A DNA stretch of 64,000 bases from an uncultured Acidimicrobiia bacterium (lineage in GTDB: Bacteria; Actinomycetota; Acidimicrobiia; Acidimicrobiales; AC-14). Both the position numbers and the translations under genes were made by a program. Below, piece after piece: positions 1 through 9,385 of this stretch; positions within the stretch are counted from its first letter, which is position 1, and each line of letters starts with the position of its first letter. The notes beneath the pieces are model-generated. The model made no database searches. It worked only from the letters and a program-made list of their open reading frames with translations, and was not told where the DNA came from. The DNA is taken from contig CAWIIV010000017.1 of the NCBI GenBank assembly GCA_963836205.1, positions 64,001 to 128,000 on the forward strand, read 5' to 3'.

Positions 1-73
1 CGATGTCGCGGGCGAGGCGGGGGTGCGAACGGCCGGCGAACAGCTGCAGCCGCTTCTTGGGGATCAGCTCCAT
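1..73 (-). CDS. prs: ribose-phosphate pyrophosphokinase, N-terminus only (runs off window)
   Basis: Reverse strand from ATG at 73 reads MELIPKKRLQLFAGRSHPALARDI; immediately downstream of glmU (conserved glmU-prs order). Confidence 0.8.
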   Translation of the reverse strand, partial: MELIPKKRLQLFAGRSHPRLARDI

Positions 74-89
74 GTGGCCCAGCGGTCGC

Positions 90-1202
90 TCAGACTCCGT
101 CGTCATCGCCTCCCCGGGCAGTGTAGAAGGCGCCGGTGGTGGCTCCGGGCGGAATATGGGCGCCCGGCGAGATCGACGCGAACGGTCCGACGATGCTGGA
201 CGCCCCGATCTCGGCGTCGTGGGCGACCGTGTGCTCGACCGACGCCCCTTCCCCCACCACGCAGTCGATCAGGCGGGTGTGGGGGCCGACCCGGGCGCCC
301 CGGCCCACGACGGTGCGGCCCTGGAGCACGGTGCCGGGGAGGAGGGTGACGTCGGCCGCCAGGTGGACGGCGGCGTCGACGTAGGTGCTGCGAGGGTCGA
401 CCATGGTGACCCCGGCCCGCATCCACCGCTCGTTGATGCGGTGGCGGAGGACGGCCTCGGCCTCCGCCAGCTGGGCCCGGTCGTTGACCCCGACCGCCTC
501 CGAGGGGTCGTCGGCCAGCACGGCCATGACCTTGTGGCCGGTGCCGTGGAGAACGGCCACCACGTCGGACAGGTAGTACTCGCCCTTGGTGTTGTCGGGG
601 CTGATGCGGCGCAGGGAGGGGGCGAGCAGCCCCCGGCGGAAGCAGTAGATCGACGTGGCCACCTCGTCGATGTCGCGCTCGGCCTCGGTGGCGTCGGCGT
701 CCTCGACCACCCGGGCCACCCGGCCGTCCTTGCCCCTGACCACCCGGCCCATGCCGCTGGGGTCGTCGGGGCGGGCGGTGAGGAGCGTGGCCGCGGCGTC
801 GCTCTCCCGGTGCTCGAGCACCAGATCGCCGAGGGTGGTGGGCCGCACGAGGGGCGTGTCGCCCGGGAGGACAACGATGTCGGCGTCGTCGAGATCGGGA
901 TCGTCGGGGAAGGCGGTGAGCGCCACCGCCAGGGCGTCGGCCGTGCCCCGGGTGACGCGCTGCTCGACGAAGTCGATGACGAGGTCGGGTGGGCCGTACT
1001 CCTGGAGGGTCTTGGTGACGGGCTCGGCCCCGTGGCCCACCACCACGACCGCCCGCTCGACGTAGAGCTCGGACAGGGCGTCGAGGACGTGCAGGAGCAT
1101 CGGCCGCCCGCACAACGGGTGGAGGGGCTTGGGCAGCGCCGACCGCATCCGGGTGCCGTGCCCGGCCGCCATGACCACCGCGCACAGCGGACGCACCCTC
1201 AT
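90..1202 (-). CDS. glmU: GlmU-like UDP-GlcNAc pyrophosphorylase, short form (about 370 aa)
   Basis: VMAAGHGTRMRSALPKPLH, RGTADA, GEYYLSDVV, GVNDRAQLA and a partial hexapeptide-repeat region; start re-placed at ATG 1202 because the longer ORF overlaps the tRNA. Confidence 0.9.
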   Translation of the reverse strand: MRVRPLCAVVMAAGHGTRMRSALPKPLHPLCGRPMLLHVLDALSELYVERAVVVVGHGAEPVTKTLQEYGPPDLVIDFVEQRVTRGTADALAVALTAFPDDPDLDDADIVVLPGDTPLVRPTTLGDLVLEHRESDAAATLLTARPDDPSGMGRVVRGKDGRVARVVEDADATEAERDIDEVATSIYCFRRGLLAPSLRRISPDNTKGEYYLSDVVAVLHGTGHKVMAVLADDPSEAVGVNDRAQLAEAEAVLRHRINERWMRAGVTMVDPRSTYVDAAVHLAADVTLLPGTVLQGRTVVGRGARVGPHTRLIDCVVGEGASVEHTVAHDAEIGASSIVGPFASISPGAHIPPGATTGAFYTARGGDDDGV

Positions 1203-1231
1203 GCCCCAAGTTCTACCCCGAATGGGGCCCG

Positions 1232-1303
1232 CTCGGGGGCCAGGATTCGAACCTGGACCTGGGGCTCCAAAGGACCCAGTGCTGCCGATTACACCACCCC
1301 CGA
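1232..1303 (-). tRNA. tRNA-Gln(TTG)
   Basis: Minus strand TCGGGGGTGGTGTAATCGGCAGCAC...CTTTGGA...GGTTCGAATCCTGGCCCCCGAG; acceptor stem TCGGGGG/CCCCCGA, T-loop TTCGAAT; usual position upstream of glmU in Actinobacteria. Confidence 0.93.
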
Positions 1304-1465
1304 CTCGCACCCCAGGCTACCGGCGGCCAATCCCGCCGCCGCTTGGGCTGCCGAGTGTGCAGGAACGTCGGTATATCCGACGTGACTGCACACTCGGAGG
1401 GCAACTGGTTCACGGTCCGACGAATTACCCAGGCAGGGGGGTTGTCCGTTAGCCTGACGCCGCTC

Positions 1466-1564
1466 ATGGGATCGCTCATCAAGAAACGCCGCAAGCGCAT
1501 GCGGAAGAAGAAGCACAAGAAGATGTTGAAGGCCACCCGCTGGCAGCGTCGCGCCGGCAAGTAG
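1466..1564 (+). CDS. 30S ribosomal protein bS22 (AURKAIP1/COX24 family)
   Basis: MGSLIKKRRKRMRKKKHKKMLKATRWQRRAGK matches the actinobacterial bS22 pattern. Confidence 0.92.
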   Translation: MGSLIKKRRKRMRKKKHKKMLKATRWQRRAGK

Positions 1565-1587
1565 TAGCGACCCGGTAGAGCCTTTCC

Positions 1588-2412
1588 TCAGCGTTCGGCG
1601 GCGGCGGCGGCGGCCAGCCGGCCCCAGGCGATCACGTCCAGCTCCTCCGGGCGTGCCTCCGGGTTGACGCCGGCGGCGGCAAATGCGGTGGCCGTCACCA
1701 CCCCGGCGAGCGACCGGCGCAGCATCTTGCGGCGCTGGCCGAAACCGGTGGCCACCAGCCCGAACAGGGCCCCGGGCTCGACGTCGGGCCCCACCGCGGG
1801 CACCTCCCGCCGCTCGATGCGCACGAGGGCCGACTCCACGTTGGGCACGGGGACGAACACGTTCGCCGGCACCAGGCCCGCCACCGCCGCCGTCGCCCAG
1901 TAGGCCACCTTCACCGACACCGCCCCGTAGGCGTCGTTCCCCGGCACCGCAGCCAGCCGCTCGGCCACCTCCCGCTGCACCATGACGAGCATCCGGGAGA
2001 TGGCCGGGACGTGGTCGAGCAGGTCGGCCACCAGGGGCGTGGCCACGTTGTAGGGCAGGTTGGCCACCAGCACCCACGGTCCGTCACCGAGGAGGGCGTC
2101 CCAGTCGAGGCGCATGGCGTCAGCCTCGATCACGGAGACGCCGGCCGGCTCCACCAGCGACCGCAGCACCGGCACCAGGCCCCGATCCACCTCGACCGCG
2201 GTCACCGCCGCACCCGTCTCGGCCAGGGCGAGGGTGAGCGATCCGAGGCCGGCGCCGATCTCGATCACCCGGTCGCCGGGTCCGACGGCGGCCAGGCGGG
2301 CGATGCGGCGCACCGTGTTGGGGTCGGCGACGAAGTTCTGCCCCCGGGCTCGGCTCGGGCGCAGGCCGTTCTCCTCCAGCAGCCGGCGGATCTCGGGGCG
2401 GGACAGCGTCAC
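1588..2412 (-). CDS. rsmA: 16S rRNA m6,2A dimethyltransferase RsmA/KsgA
   Basis: GQNFV, EIGAGLGSLT, VANLPYNVA, MVQREVAERL, QRRKMLR. Confidence 0.95.
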   Translation of the reverse strand: MTLSRPEIRRLLEENGLRPSRARGQNFVADPNTVRRIARLAAVGPGDRVIEIGAGLGSLTLALAETGAAVTAVEVDRGLVPVLRSLVEPAGVSVIEADAMRLDWDALLGDGPWVLVANLPYNVATPLVADLLDHVPAISRMLVMVQREVAERLAAVPGNDAYGAVSVKVAYWATAAVAGLVPANVFVPVPNVESALVRIERREVPAVGPDVEPGALFGLVATGFGQRRKMLRRSLAGVVTATAFAAAGVNPEARPEELDVIAWGRLAAAAAAER

Positions 2413-2440
2413 GCCCAGAACTATCGCCTGCCGAAGGCTC

Positions 2441-3163
2441 CTACCACTCGATCGTCACGTCGATGAGGCCCGCCTCCGGTGCCGCCAGCTTGGCGAAGGT
2501 GTCCATCGACAGGTCGATGAGGCGGCCGGTGGCCAGCGTCGGCCCGCGGTCGTTCACCTTGCAGAAGGCGCTCGCACCGTTGGAGGCCCGGACGACCTTC
2601 ACCATGGTGCCGAACGGCAACGTGCGGTGGGCGCACGTGTTGTCGGGCGCGTTGAACCACGAGGCGATGCCCGCGTCGTTGTGGCCGTAGAGCTTGGCCG
2701 TGGACGCGACCGTGCTCGGCGGGGCGGGGGGCGTGGTGGTCGTGGCACCGGGGGCTGCGGGGGGCGGCGTGGCCGAGAGGGTGATCGACAGCATCGTCGT
2801 CACGGGGGCGGGCGCGACCGTGGTGGCCGGGACCACGGTGGTGGCGCTGGAGGTCGGGATCGTCACCCGGGCCGTGGTCGAGGGCGCGGTGGAGACGGGG
2901 ACGGTCGTGGTGGCCGTGGCGGCCTTGGCCGGAACGGAGGTTTGCGACGCCGCCTCCCGGGCCAGAGCGTCGAGGGAGATCGACCGGGGCTGGGCGCCGG
3001 CGGCGGGCGCGGCCTCGACCCTGATCGTCGTGGGGACGACCGCGGCGGCCAACTCGGTTGCGGGCGCGGCGACGACGGCGACCGGATCAGCCGGTGCCGG
3101 CTGGGGGGCGTTGCGGATGTAAACGATGCCGACGACGATCATCACGCCGCACAGCGCGAACAT
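2441..3163 (-). CDS. RlpA-like (DPBB) lytic transglycosylase-domain protein with N-terminal TM and Pro/Thr-rich linker
   Basis: C-terminal GIASWF...CAHRTLPFGTMVKV...VNDRGP...RLIDLS motifs. Confidence 0.85.
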   Translation of the reverse strand: MFALCGVMIVVGIVYIRNAPQPAPADPVAVVAAPATELAAAVVPTTIRVEAAPAAGAQPRSISLDALAREAASQTSVPAKAATATTTVPVSTAPSTTARVTIPTSSATTVVPATTVAPAPVTTMLSITLSATPPPAAPGATTTTPPAPPSTVASTAKLYGHNDAGIASWFNAPDNTCAHRTLPFGTMVKVVRASNGASAFCKVNDRGPTLATGRLIDLSMDTFAKLAAPEAGLIDVTIEW

Positions 3164-3313
3164 CTGCGCGGGCGGTACAAGGCCCCCATCCGGCGTAGTC
3201 CTCAGTTCCCCACCCCAGTCGTCATGTCTGCGCTCGCCCGGTCAAAGTGGTTCGTCGGAAGGTGCGTGCGGCGACCCCGGGACCTTATGGGGTGGGTTTT
3301 TGCGGTCGCAAGC

Positions 3314-4066
3314 TCACTTAGAGCGAGATTCCCCAAACACGTCCCGAGCGTTTGCCCAGGTTGTCTCCTCGATCTCCACAACCGGCACACCCCGGGCGGC
3401 GGCGACCGCCGCGCCCACGAGGGGCACCAGGGCGGGCTCGTTGGGCCGCCCGCGATGGGGGACGGGCGTGAGATAGGGGGAATCGGTCTCCACCAGGATG
3501 CGGTCGGAAGGGGCCAGGGCGGCTGCGGCCCTGAGGTCGCCGGCCGACTTGAAGGTGACGATGCCGCTGAACGACAGCCACGCCCCCAGGTCCAGCGCCC
3601 GGCGAGCCTCGGCCGGTCCGCCCGAGAAGCAGTGGAAGACGATGGGCACCCGGGGGCCGGCCAGCAGGATCTCGAAGGTGTCGTCCCATGCGTCCCGGGT
3701 GTGAACCACCAGGGCCAGGCCTCGCTCGGCGGCCAGGTCGATCTGGGCGGCGAAGACATCCCGCTGGACGGGCCGGGGGGAGTGGTCGTAGTGGTAGTCG
3801 AGGCCGCATTCGCCCACCGCCACCACCTCGGGGGCGTCGAACAGAGGGATGATGCTGTCCACCTGGAGTTTCGCGTCGTGGGGGTGCAAACCGACGGTTG
3901 CACCAACCCGACCGGGATGGCTCCTGGCGATGGCGATGGCGGCGGCCGACTGCTCCGTGTCGGTACCGATACAGATCATGTAGGTGACGCCGGCGAGCAC
4001 GGCCCGGTCGATCGCGTCGGCCGGGACGCCCTCATACTGGAGGTGGCAATGGCTGTCGCACCACAT
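3314..4066 (-). CDS. tatD: TatD family hydrolase
   Basis: DSHCHL, GLHPH, VGECGLDY, HTRDA, HCFSG, ETDSPYL. Confidence 0.95.
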   Translation of the reverse strand: MWCDSHCHLQYEGVPADAIDRAVLAGVTYMICIGTDTEQSAAAIAIARSHPGRVGATVGLHPHDAKLQVDSIIPLFDAPEVVAVGECGLDYHYDHSPRPVQRDVFAAQIDLAAERGLALVVHTRDAWDDTFEILLAGPRVPIVFHCFSGGPAEARRALDLGAWLSFSGIVTFKSAGDLRAAAALAPSDRILVETDSPYLTPVPHRGRPNEPALVPLVGAAVAAARGVPVVEIEETTWANARDVFGESRSK

Positions 4067-4080
4067 GGGCGTTCGGCCCG

Positions 4081-5604
4081 CTACTTGCGGCGGGGGAAGA
4101 GCGGGGGACCCTTCTCCACCGGCAGGCCCCCCGGGTAGCCGCCCCAGGCGGCAGCCTCGGGGAGTCGTTGGTCGGCCGGTGATCCCGCCAGCCCCAGCCG
4201 GCGCCAGATCTCGGCACTGGCGGTGGGGATGGCGGGCGAGACGAGCACGGTGACGATGCGCAGGGCCTCGAGGGCGTCGCCCAAGACCGCGTCGACCTCG
4301 GGGCCGGGCTCCGCCTTCCAGGGCTCGGCCACCTCCAGGTGGGCGTTGGTCTCCCGGATCAGGCGCCAGACGGCCTCAAGTGCCTCCGACGGGGCCAGCC
4401 GATCCCACGCCGCGGCCACGTCGACGTACGTGGTGGCGGCGGCCGCGGCCAACGGGCCACCCCTCCGCGGCGCCGGTCCGATGCCGCCGCACTTGCTCCC
4501 GACCACGGTGGCGAGCCGGGACAGGAGGTTTCCCAGGTTGTTGGCCAGGTCGGAGTTGTAGCGGGCTGCCAACCCCTCGCCGGAGAAGTCGCCGTCGAGT
4601 CCGAACGGGGTCTCCCGGAGCAGGTGGTAGCGCACCGGGTCGACGCCGTACTCCTCCACCACCTCGCCGGGGGTGATCTGGTTGAGCCTGGTCTTGGAGA
4701 TCTTCTCCCCGCTCAGCAGCAGCCAGCCGTGAGCCGCCACCCGCCGGGGCGGGTCGAGGCCGGCCGCCATGAGCATCGCCGGCCAGTAGACGGCGTGGAA
4801 GCGGATGATGTCCTTGCCGATGAGGTGGACGTCGACCGGCCACCAGCGCTGGAACTGAGACAGATCGTCGCCGCCCCCGTCATCCAGGCCGTACCCGGCG
4901 GCGGTGATGTAGTTGGGGAGGGCGTCGAACCACACCCACGCCACGGAGTCGGGGTCCCAGGGAAGGGGCACGCCCCACCGGAAGGCGCTGCGGCTGATGG
5001 AGATGTCACGCAGCCCACCGCGGATGAACGACAGCACCTCGTTGCGCCGGCCGGCAGGGATGATCCCCTCCGGGTGGGCGTCGTACCAGTCGAGCAGGCG
5101 CTGCTGGTAGCGGGAGAGCCGGAAGAACCAGTTCTCCTCCTTCACCCGCTCCACCGGTCGGCCGTGGACAGGGCAGTTGCCGTCGACCAGGTCGTCTTCG
5201 GTGTAATAGGCCTCGCAGCTGACGCAGTAGAGACCCTCGTAGGTGTCGCGCTCGATGTCGCCGTTGTCGTAGATGACCTGGAGGAACTTCTGCACCGCCG
5301 CTGCGTGCCGGGGCTCGGTGGTGCGGATGAAGTCGTCGTAAGCGACGTTCAGCAGGTCGGCGGCCTGGCGGAAGCGGGCGCTGTTGGTGTCGGCCAGCGT
5401 CTGGGGGTCGAGGCCCTTGGCCTCGGCCGCCTGCTTGTTCTTCAGCCCGTACTCGTCGGTACCGGTGACGAAGCGCACGTCCTCGCCCAGCAACCGATGC
5501 CACCGGGTGATGGCGTCGCCGAGGACAACCTCGTAGGAGTGGCCGATGTGGGGCGCGTCGTTGACGTACATGATCGCCGTCGTGAGGTAGAAGCGCTCGG
5601 CCAC
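4081..5604 (-). CDS. metG: methionine--tRNA ligase
   Basis: YLTTAIMYVNDAPHIGH, GTDEYG, GKDIIRFH, KISKT. Confidence 0.96.
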   Translation of the reverse strand: MAERFYLTTAIMYVNDAPHIGHSYEVVLGDAITRWHRLLGEDVRFVTGTDEYGLKNKQAAEAKGLDPQTLADTNSARFRQAADLLNVAYDDFIRTTEPRHAAAVQKFLQVIYDNGDIERDTYEGLYCVSCEAYYTEDDLVDGNCPVHGRPVERVKEENWFFRLSRYQQRLLDWYDAHPEGIIPAGRRNEVLSFIRGGLRDISISRSAFRWGVPLPWDPDSVAWVWFDALPNYITAAGYGLDDGGGDDLSQFQRWWPVDVHLIGKDIIRFHAVYWPAMLMAAGLDPPRRVAAHGWLLLSGEKISKTRLNQITPGEVVEEYGVDPVRYHLLRETPFGLDGDFSGEGLAARYNSDLANNLGNLLSRLATVVGSKCGGIGPAPRRGGPLAAAAATTYVDVAAAWDRLAPSEALEAVWRLIRETNAHLEVAEPWKAEPGPEVDAVLGDALEALRIVTVLVSPAIPTASAEIWRRLGLAGSPADQRLPEAAAWGGYPGGLPVEKGPPLFPRRK

Positions 5605-5755
5605 GGCGTCAATCTACCGGTGGGGTCCGAGTTGCCCGATTGAGTTCCAGGCGCGCATCACTGCAATCGCGGGCCGGGATTCTGCCGTATGGAAGGATGT
5701 GTCCACCGGCTGGGCCTGTCGGAGCCCGCGCCGTCAACTCCACGGGAGGTATTCC

Positions 5756-6190
5756 ATGCGCCGAGCCGTTGCTGTCGCCACCGCCGCGTTGGCCTTGCTC
5801 GCCTGGTCGGCGGCACCGAGCCGGGCGGCCGTCACGGGCGTCGTGACGACCACGCTCAGGGGCTCCGAGGAAGTCCCGCCGGCCGACCCCGACGGGTTCG
5901 GCAACGCCGTCGTCTCTCTCGACACCGCCAGTGGCCAGGTCTGCTACTTCCTCGCCGTGAGCAACATCGCCCCCTCCACCGCGGCCCACATCCACTTCGC
6001 ACCGCAGGGCGTCAACGGTCCGATCGTCGTCCCCCTGAACCCGCCGACCAGCGGGTTCTCGGCGGGATGCACCGTGGCTGCGCTGCCGATCGTCCAGAAC
6101 ATCCGGGCCAACGCGAACCAGTACTACGTCAACATTCACAACGCCCAGTACCCCGGCGGCGCCGTCCGGGGCCAGCTCCGGCTCCAGTAG
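5756..6190 (+). CDS. secreted CHRD-domain protein
   Basis: Signal peptide; LRGSEEVPP, AAHIH...GVNGPIV, YYVNIHNAQYPGGAVRGQL; GGAGG upstream of ATG 5756. Confidence 0.9.
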   Translation: MRRAVAVATAALALLAWSAAPSRAAVTGVVTTTLRGSEEVPPADPDGFGNAVVSLDTASGQVCYFLAVSNIAPSTAAHIHFAPQGVNGPIVVPLNPPTSGFSAGCTVAALPIVQNIRANANQYYVNIHNAQYPGGAVRGQLRLQ

Positions 6191-6229
6191 TCGACGACGC
6201 GACGGGCGAGCGGCGGCTCGCCCGGACCG

Positions 6230-6616
6230 TCACATGCGCTCGACGTGCACGCCGACCGCGTGGGCCGCGAGCGCGCTGATGTCCGCCATGTCGCCGGTGA
6301 ACACCGTCCCCCCGGGCTCGGCGACGGCCACCACCAGAGCGTCCACGGCTGAGCCTCCGCCCGCCTTCGTCCTCAGCGCGGCCGCTCGCCGAACGAGCGA
6401 CTCAGGCAGGTCGGTTCGCAGGTCACAGCCTTTGATCAGCCGGTTGACGGCCACGTCGGTGCCGGGCCGCCCAGTGACGGACTCGACCAGCACCACCGAG
6501 GGCACGAGGGGTGGCCAGAAACCGGCCCGTTCGAAGGCCCGGATCATCGCCACCGAGCGGGTCGTGCGCTCGGCGAGGCGCGACAGACCGCCGGAGTCGA
6601 GAACGAGTGTCGTCAT
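6230..6616 (-). CDS. PIN-domain (VapC-like) toxin
   Basis: LVLDSGGL...SAVDALVV...TGD; overlaps the upstream antitoxin by ATGA. Confidence 0.8.
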   Translation of the reverse strand: MTTLVLDSGGLSRLAERTTRSVAMIRAFERAGFWPPLVPSVVLVESVTGRPGTDVAVNRLIKGCDLRTDLPESLVRRAAALRTKAGGGSAVDALVVAVAEPGGTVFTGDMADISALAAHAVGVHVERM

Positions 6617-6861
6617 CCCGCCTCTGCATCTCGTGCTCGCAGGATCCGCGCCGCGACGCCCTCTGCCCGCGCCACCTCCTCGGGTGAAGGCTCGCCCACC
6701 TCGGCCACCAGTTCGTCGAGGTACTCGTGGGTCTCGTCCAAGAGGTGACGGCGCCGGAGCTCGGCCCGGACGGCGACCTGGAGCAGCTCGGATGCAGGCA
6801 GGCGCCCGTCCTTCACCGCCCGGTAGAGGTCGTCGGGCAGGTAGACCTGCATCCTCGGCAT
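6613..6861 (-). CDS. CcdA/VapB-like antitoxin
   Basis: MPRMQVYLPDDLYRAVK...SELLQVAVRAEL ribbon-helix-helix pattern, directly upstream of the PIN gene. Confidence 0.75.
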   Translation of the reverse strand: MPRMQVYLPDDLYRAVKDGRLPASELLQVAVRAELRRRHLLDETHEYLDELVAEVGEPSPEEVARAEGVAARILRARDAEAG

Positions 6862-6890
6862 ACGCCTAACTGTACACACTGGCTTCGCTG

Positions 6891-7730
6891 TCAGCTCAGG
6901 CGGAGGGCGGCCTCGTAGACCTGGCGCTTGGGGACGGCGAGCTCGGCGGTCACCTCCGCCACCGCGTCCCGCTTGGGCATCCCCGCAGCCAGGCGGACCC
7001 GCAGCGCGTCCTCCACGTCGGACTCGGTGGCGGGCTCCCGGGCGAGCGCACCCTCGATGACCAGGACGTACTCGCCCAGAGGTTCCGTCTCGGCCAGATG
7101 GACGGCGGCAGCCGCCAGCGTCCCCCGCCACACGTCCTCGAACTTCTTGGTGATCTCCCGGGCCACCGCCACCCGGCGCTCGCCGCCCACGGCCGCGGCC
7201 AGGTCGGCGACGGTGGCCAGCACCCGGCGGGGGGACTCGAACAGCACCGTCGTCCGGGGCTCTGCCGCCAGCTCGGCCACCCGGATGGCGCGGTCGCGGC
7301 CCTTCCGGGGCAGGAAGCCCTCGAAGCACCACCGGGCGGTGGGCAGGCCGCTCACCACCAGCGCCGCGATCGCAGCCGACGGGCCGGGCACCACGTCGAC
7401 CCGGTACCCGGCCTCGGCCGCCGCCGCCACCAGCCGCTCGCCGGGGTCGGAGATGCCGGGCATCCCCGCGTCGGTCACCACCGCCACCTGCTGCCCGGCG
7501 GCCAGGCGGGCCAGTACGCCGTCGACCTGGGCCGCCTCGTTGTGGTCGTGCACCGCGATCAGCCGGCCACCGGCGGGGACACCGGCCGCGGTCAGCAGCT
7601 GGCGGGTGCGCCTGGTGTCCTCACAGGCGATGACGTCGGCCGTGCGCAGCACCTCCACCGCCCGGGGCGAGAGGTCGCCGAGGTTGCCGATCGGGGTCCC
7701 CACCAGGACGAGGACGCCACCGCCGGTCAC
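6891..7730 (-). CDS. rsmI: 16S rRNA C1402 2'-O-methyltransferase RsmI
   Basis: GTPIGNLGDLSPRA, ACEDTRRT, DAGMPGISDPG, FEGFLP, REITKKFE. Confidence 0.95.
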   Translation of the reverse strand: MTGGGVLVLVGTPIGNLGDLSPRAVEVLRTADVIACEDTRRTRQLLTAAGVPAGGRLIAVHDHNEAAQVDGVLARLAAGQQVAVVTDAGMPGISDPGERLVAAAAEAGYRVDVVPGPSAAIAALVVSGLPTARWCFEGFLPRKGRDRAIRVAELAAEPRTTVLFESPRRVLATVADLAAAVGGERRVAVAREITKKFEDVWRGTLAAAAVHLAETEPLGEYVLVIEGALAREPATESDVEDALRVRLAAGMPKRDAVAEVTAELAVPKRQVYEAALRLS

Positions 7731-8116
7731 TCCTCGACCTCACGCACCTCCAACTGGTCGCCCGGCCGCAGCCGCCAGCGGTCGAACGATCCCGTTTCGG
7801 CCTCGATCACACAACCCGACCGCAGCGACGGCAGGCTGACCCGCCCCGGCTGGAGGCATATCGTCCGCCTGACGATAAGTTCTCGATCACAAAAGGCCAC
7901 GTCAAGGGTGAACTGCATCCCGAACGAGTGCACCGATCGGGCCGGGCGCAGCAGGATCGCCCCCGCGATCCCGGGTCGGCCGAGCAGGCCTCGCGACCGC
8001 TCGGCGAAGGTCGAGGCCACCTCCAGGGCGGCCAGTACTTCCCCATCGCGCAGCAACCAGCCGGTGGTGGCCACGGGCGTCAGGGGCGCGGGCCGCCGGC
8101 GGCGATGGCGGCGCAA
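7727..8116 (-). CDS. DUF192 family protein
   Basis: EVASTFAERSRGLLGR...SVHSFGMQFTLDVAF...VIEA; start uncertain. Confidence 0.8.
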   Translation of the reverse strand: MRRHRRRRPAPLTPVATTGWLLRDGEVLAALEVASTFAERSRGLLGRPGIAGAILLRPARSVHSFGMQFTLDVAFCDRELIVRRTICLQPGRVSLPSLRSGCVIEAETGSFDRWRLRPGDQLEVREVEE

Positions 8117-8131
8117 CCGGGAGTAGACGAA

Positions 8132-9208
8132 TCACACATTGAAGCGAATCTCGAGCGTGTCGCCGTCGGCCACCTCGTAGTCCTTGCCCTCCACCCGGAG
8201 CCGGCCCACCTCCTTGGCCTTGTTCCACGAACCGAGCTCGAGCAGCTCGTCCCAACGGATGACCTCGGCCCGGATGAACCCCCGTTGCAGGTCGGAGTGG
8301 ATGACCCCGGCGCATTCGGGGGCCTTGGCCCCCGCCCGGAACGTCCACGCCCGCGACTCCTTGTCGCCCGTGGTGAGGAACGTTCGGCGGCCGAGCAGGT
8401 GGTAGGCGGCCCGGATGACGCGGGGCAGGGCGCCCTCCCCCAGACCGAGGGCGTCGAGCATCTCGGCCCGGTCGGCGGGGTCGAGGCGGGCCGACTCCGC
8501 CTCCAGCTGCACGCTCACGCCCAGGACCTCGGCCGCCTCGCCCAACTCCTCGGCCACCGGCTTCACCAGCCGGTCGGCGTCGTCGAGCTGGTCCTCGCCC
8601 AGGTTGACGACGGCCAGCATGGGCTTGTCGGTGAGCAGGAAGGTCGTGCGCAGCCCCGCCCGCACATCCGCGGCCAGGCCCGACCGGTACAGCGGGGTCC
8701 CACCGCTCAACACCTCCAGGGCCGCCTCCATGGCCGCCACCTCGGGGGCCAGCGACTTGTCGGCCCGGGCCGTCTTCTGGCGCTTGGGCAGCTGCGACTC
8801 GATCGAGTCGACGTCGGCCAGCACCAGCTCCAGCTCCAGCGTGTGGAGGTCGTCGAGGGGATCGGTTCCGCCGACGACGTTGTCGTCCTCGAACGCCCGC
8901 AGCACGAGCACGACCGCGTCGACCTCACGGATGCCGGCCAGGAAGCGGTTGCCCAGGCCCTCGCCGGTGGACGCCCCTGCGACCAGCCCGGCGATGTCGA
9001 CCAGCTCCAGCGTGGCCGGCACCACTCTCTTGGACTTGCTCATTACGGCCAGGGCCGCCAGCCGGGGGTCGGGCACCGCGGCCACGCCCACCGTGCTCTC
9101 GGTGGTGGAGAAGGGATGGGCCGCCACCGGCGCCGAACCACCCGTCACCGCGTTGAACAGCGACGACTTCCCCGCGTTCGGCAGGCCCACGAGGCCAAGG
9201 CGTTCCAC
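8132..9208 (-). CDS. ychF: redox-regulated ATPase YchF
   Basis: GLVGLPNAGKSSLFNA, DIAGLV, GEGLGNRFL, GFIRAEVI, EGKDYEV; start GTG 9208. Confidence 0.95.
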   Translation of the reverse strand: MERLGLVGLPNAGKSSLFNAVTGGSAPVAAHPFSTTESTVGVAAVPDPRLAALAVMSKSKRVVPATLELVDIAGLVAGASTGEGLGNRFLAGIREVDAVVLVLRAFEDDNVVGGTDPLDDLHTLELELVLADVDSIESQLPKRQKTARADKSLAPEVAAMEAALEVLSGGTPLYRSGLAADVRAGLRTTFLLTDKPMLAVVNLGEDQLDDADRLVKPVAEELGEAAEVLGVSVQLEAESARLDPADRAEMLDALGLGEGALPRVIRAAYHLLGRRTFLTTGDKESRAWTFRAGAKAPECAGVIHSDLQRGFIRAEVIRWDELLELGSWNKAKEVGRLRVEGKDYEVADGDTLEIRFNV

Positions 9209-9288
9209 TAGGTGCAATGTAGAAGACCCAGCGGGCAACCCCGCCGCTGGGAGGCCCCGCCGGGCGAGCGGCTACCCTGGGCCCCCTG

Positions 9289-9372
9289 ATGTCGAAGAAG
9301 ACGAACAAGAGGAAGATCCGCTGCCGGCGTAAGAAGGCCAATCACGGCAAGCGGCCGAACGCCGGTCGTTAG
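9289..9372 (+). CDS. 50S ribosomal protein bL37-like
   Basis: MSKKTNKRKIRCRRKKANHGKRPNAGR carries the KANHGKRPN signature; too short for the ORF track. Confidence 0.85.
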   Translation: MSKKTNKRKIRCRRKKANHGKRPNAGR

Positions 9373-9385
9373 CGTTCCTCCAGCG

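Noticed and set aside
1255-1285. T-C mismatch in the tRNA-Gln anticodon stem as a sign of a pseudo-tRNA or att site
   Set aside because: The rest of the cloverleaf and the synteny are normal, and no duplicated 3' end was seen in the window.
3-1385. Long antisense and alternative-frame ORFs here and throughout (e.g. 14698-18066, 29845-32475, 43090-45630)
   Set aside because: Shadow ORFs typical of high-GC DNA, lying opposite genes with clear motifs.
3165-3313. Possible riboswitch upstream of the RlpA-like gene
   Set aside because: No c-di-AMP or c-di-GMP consensus could be recognised by eye; an Rfam scan would be needed.
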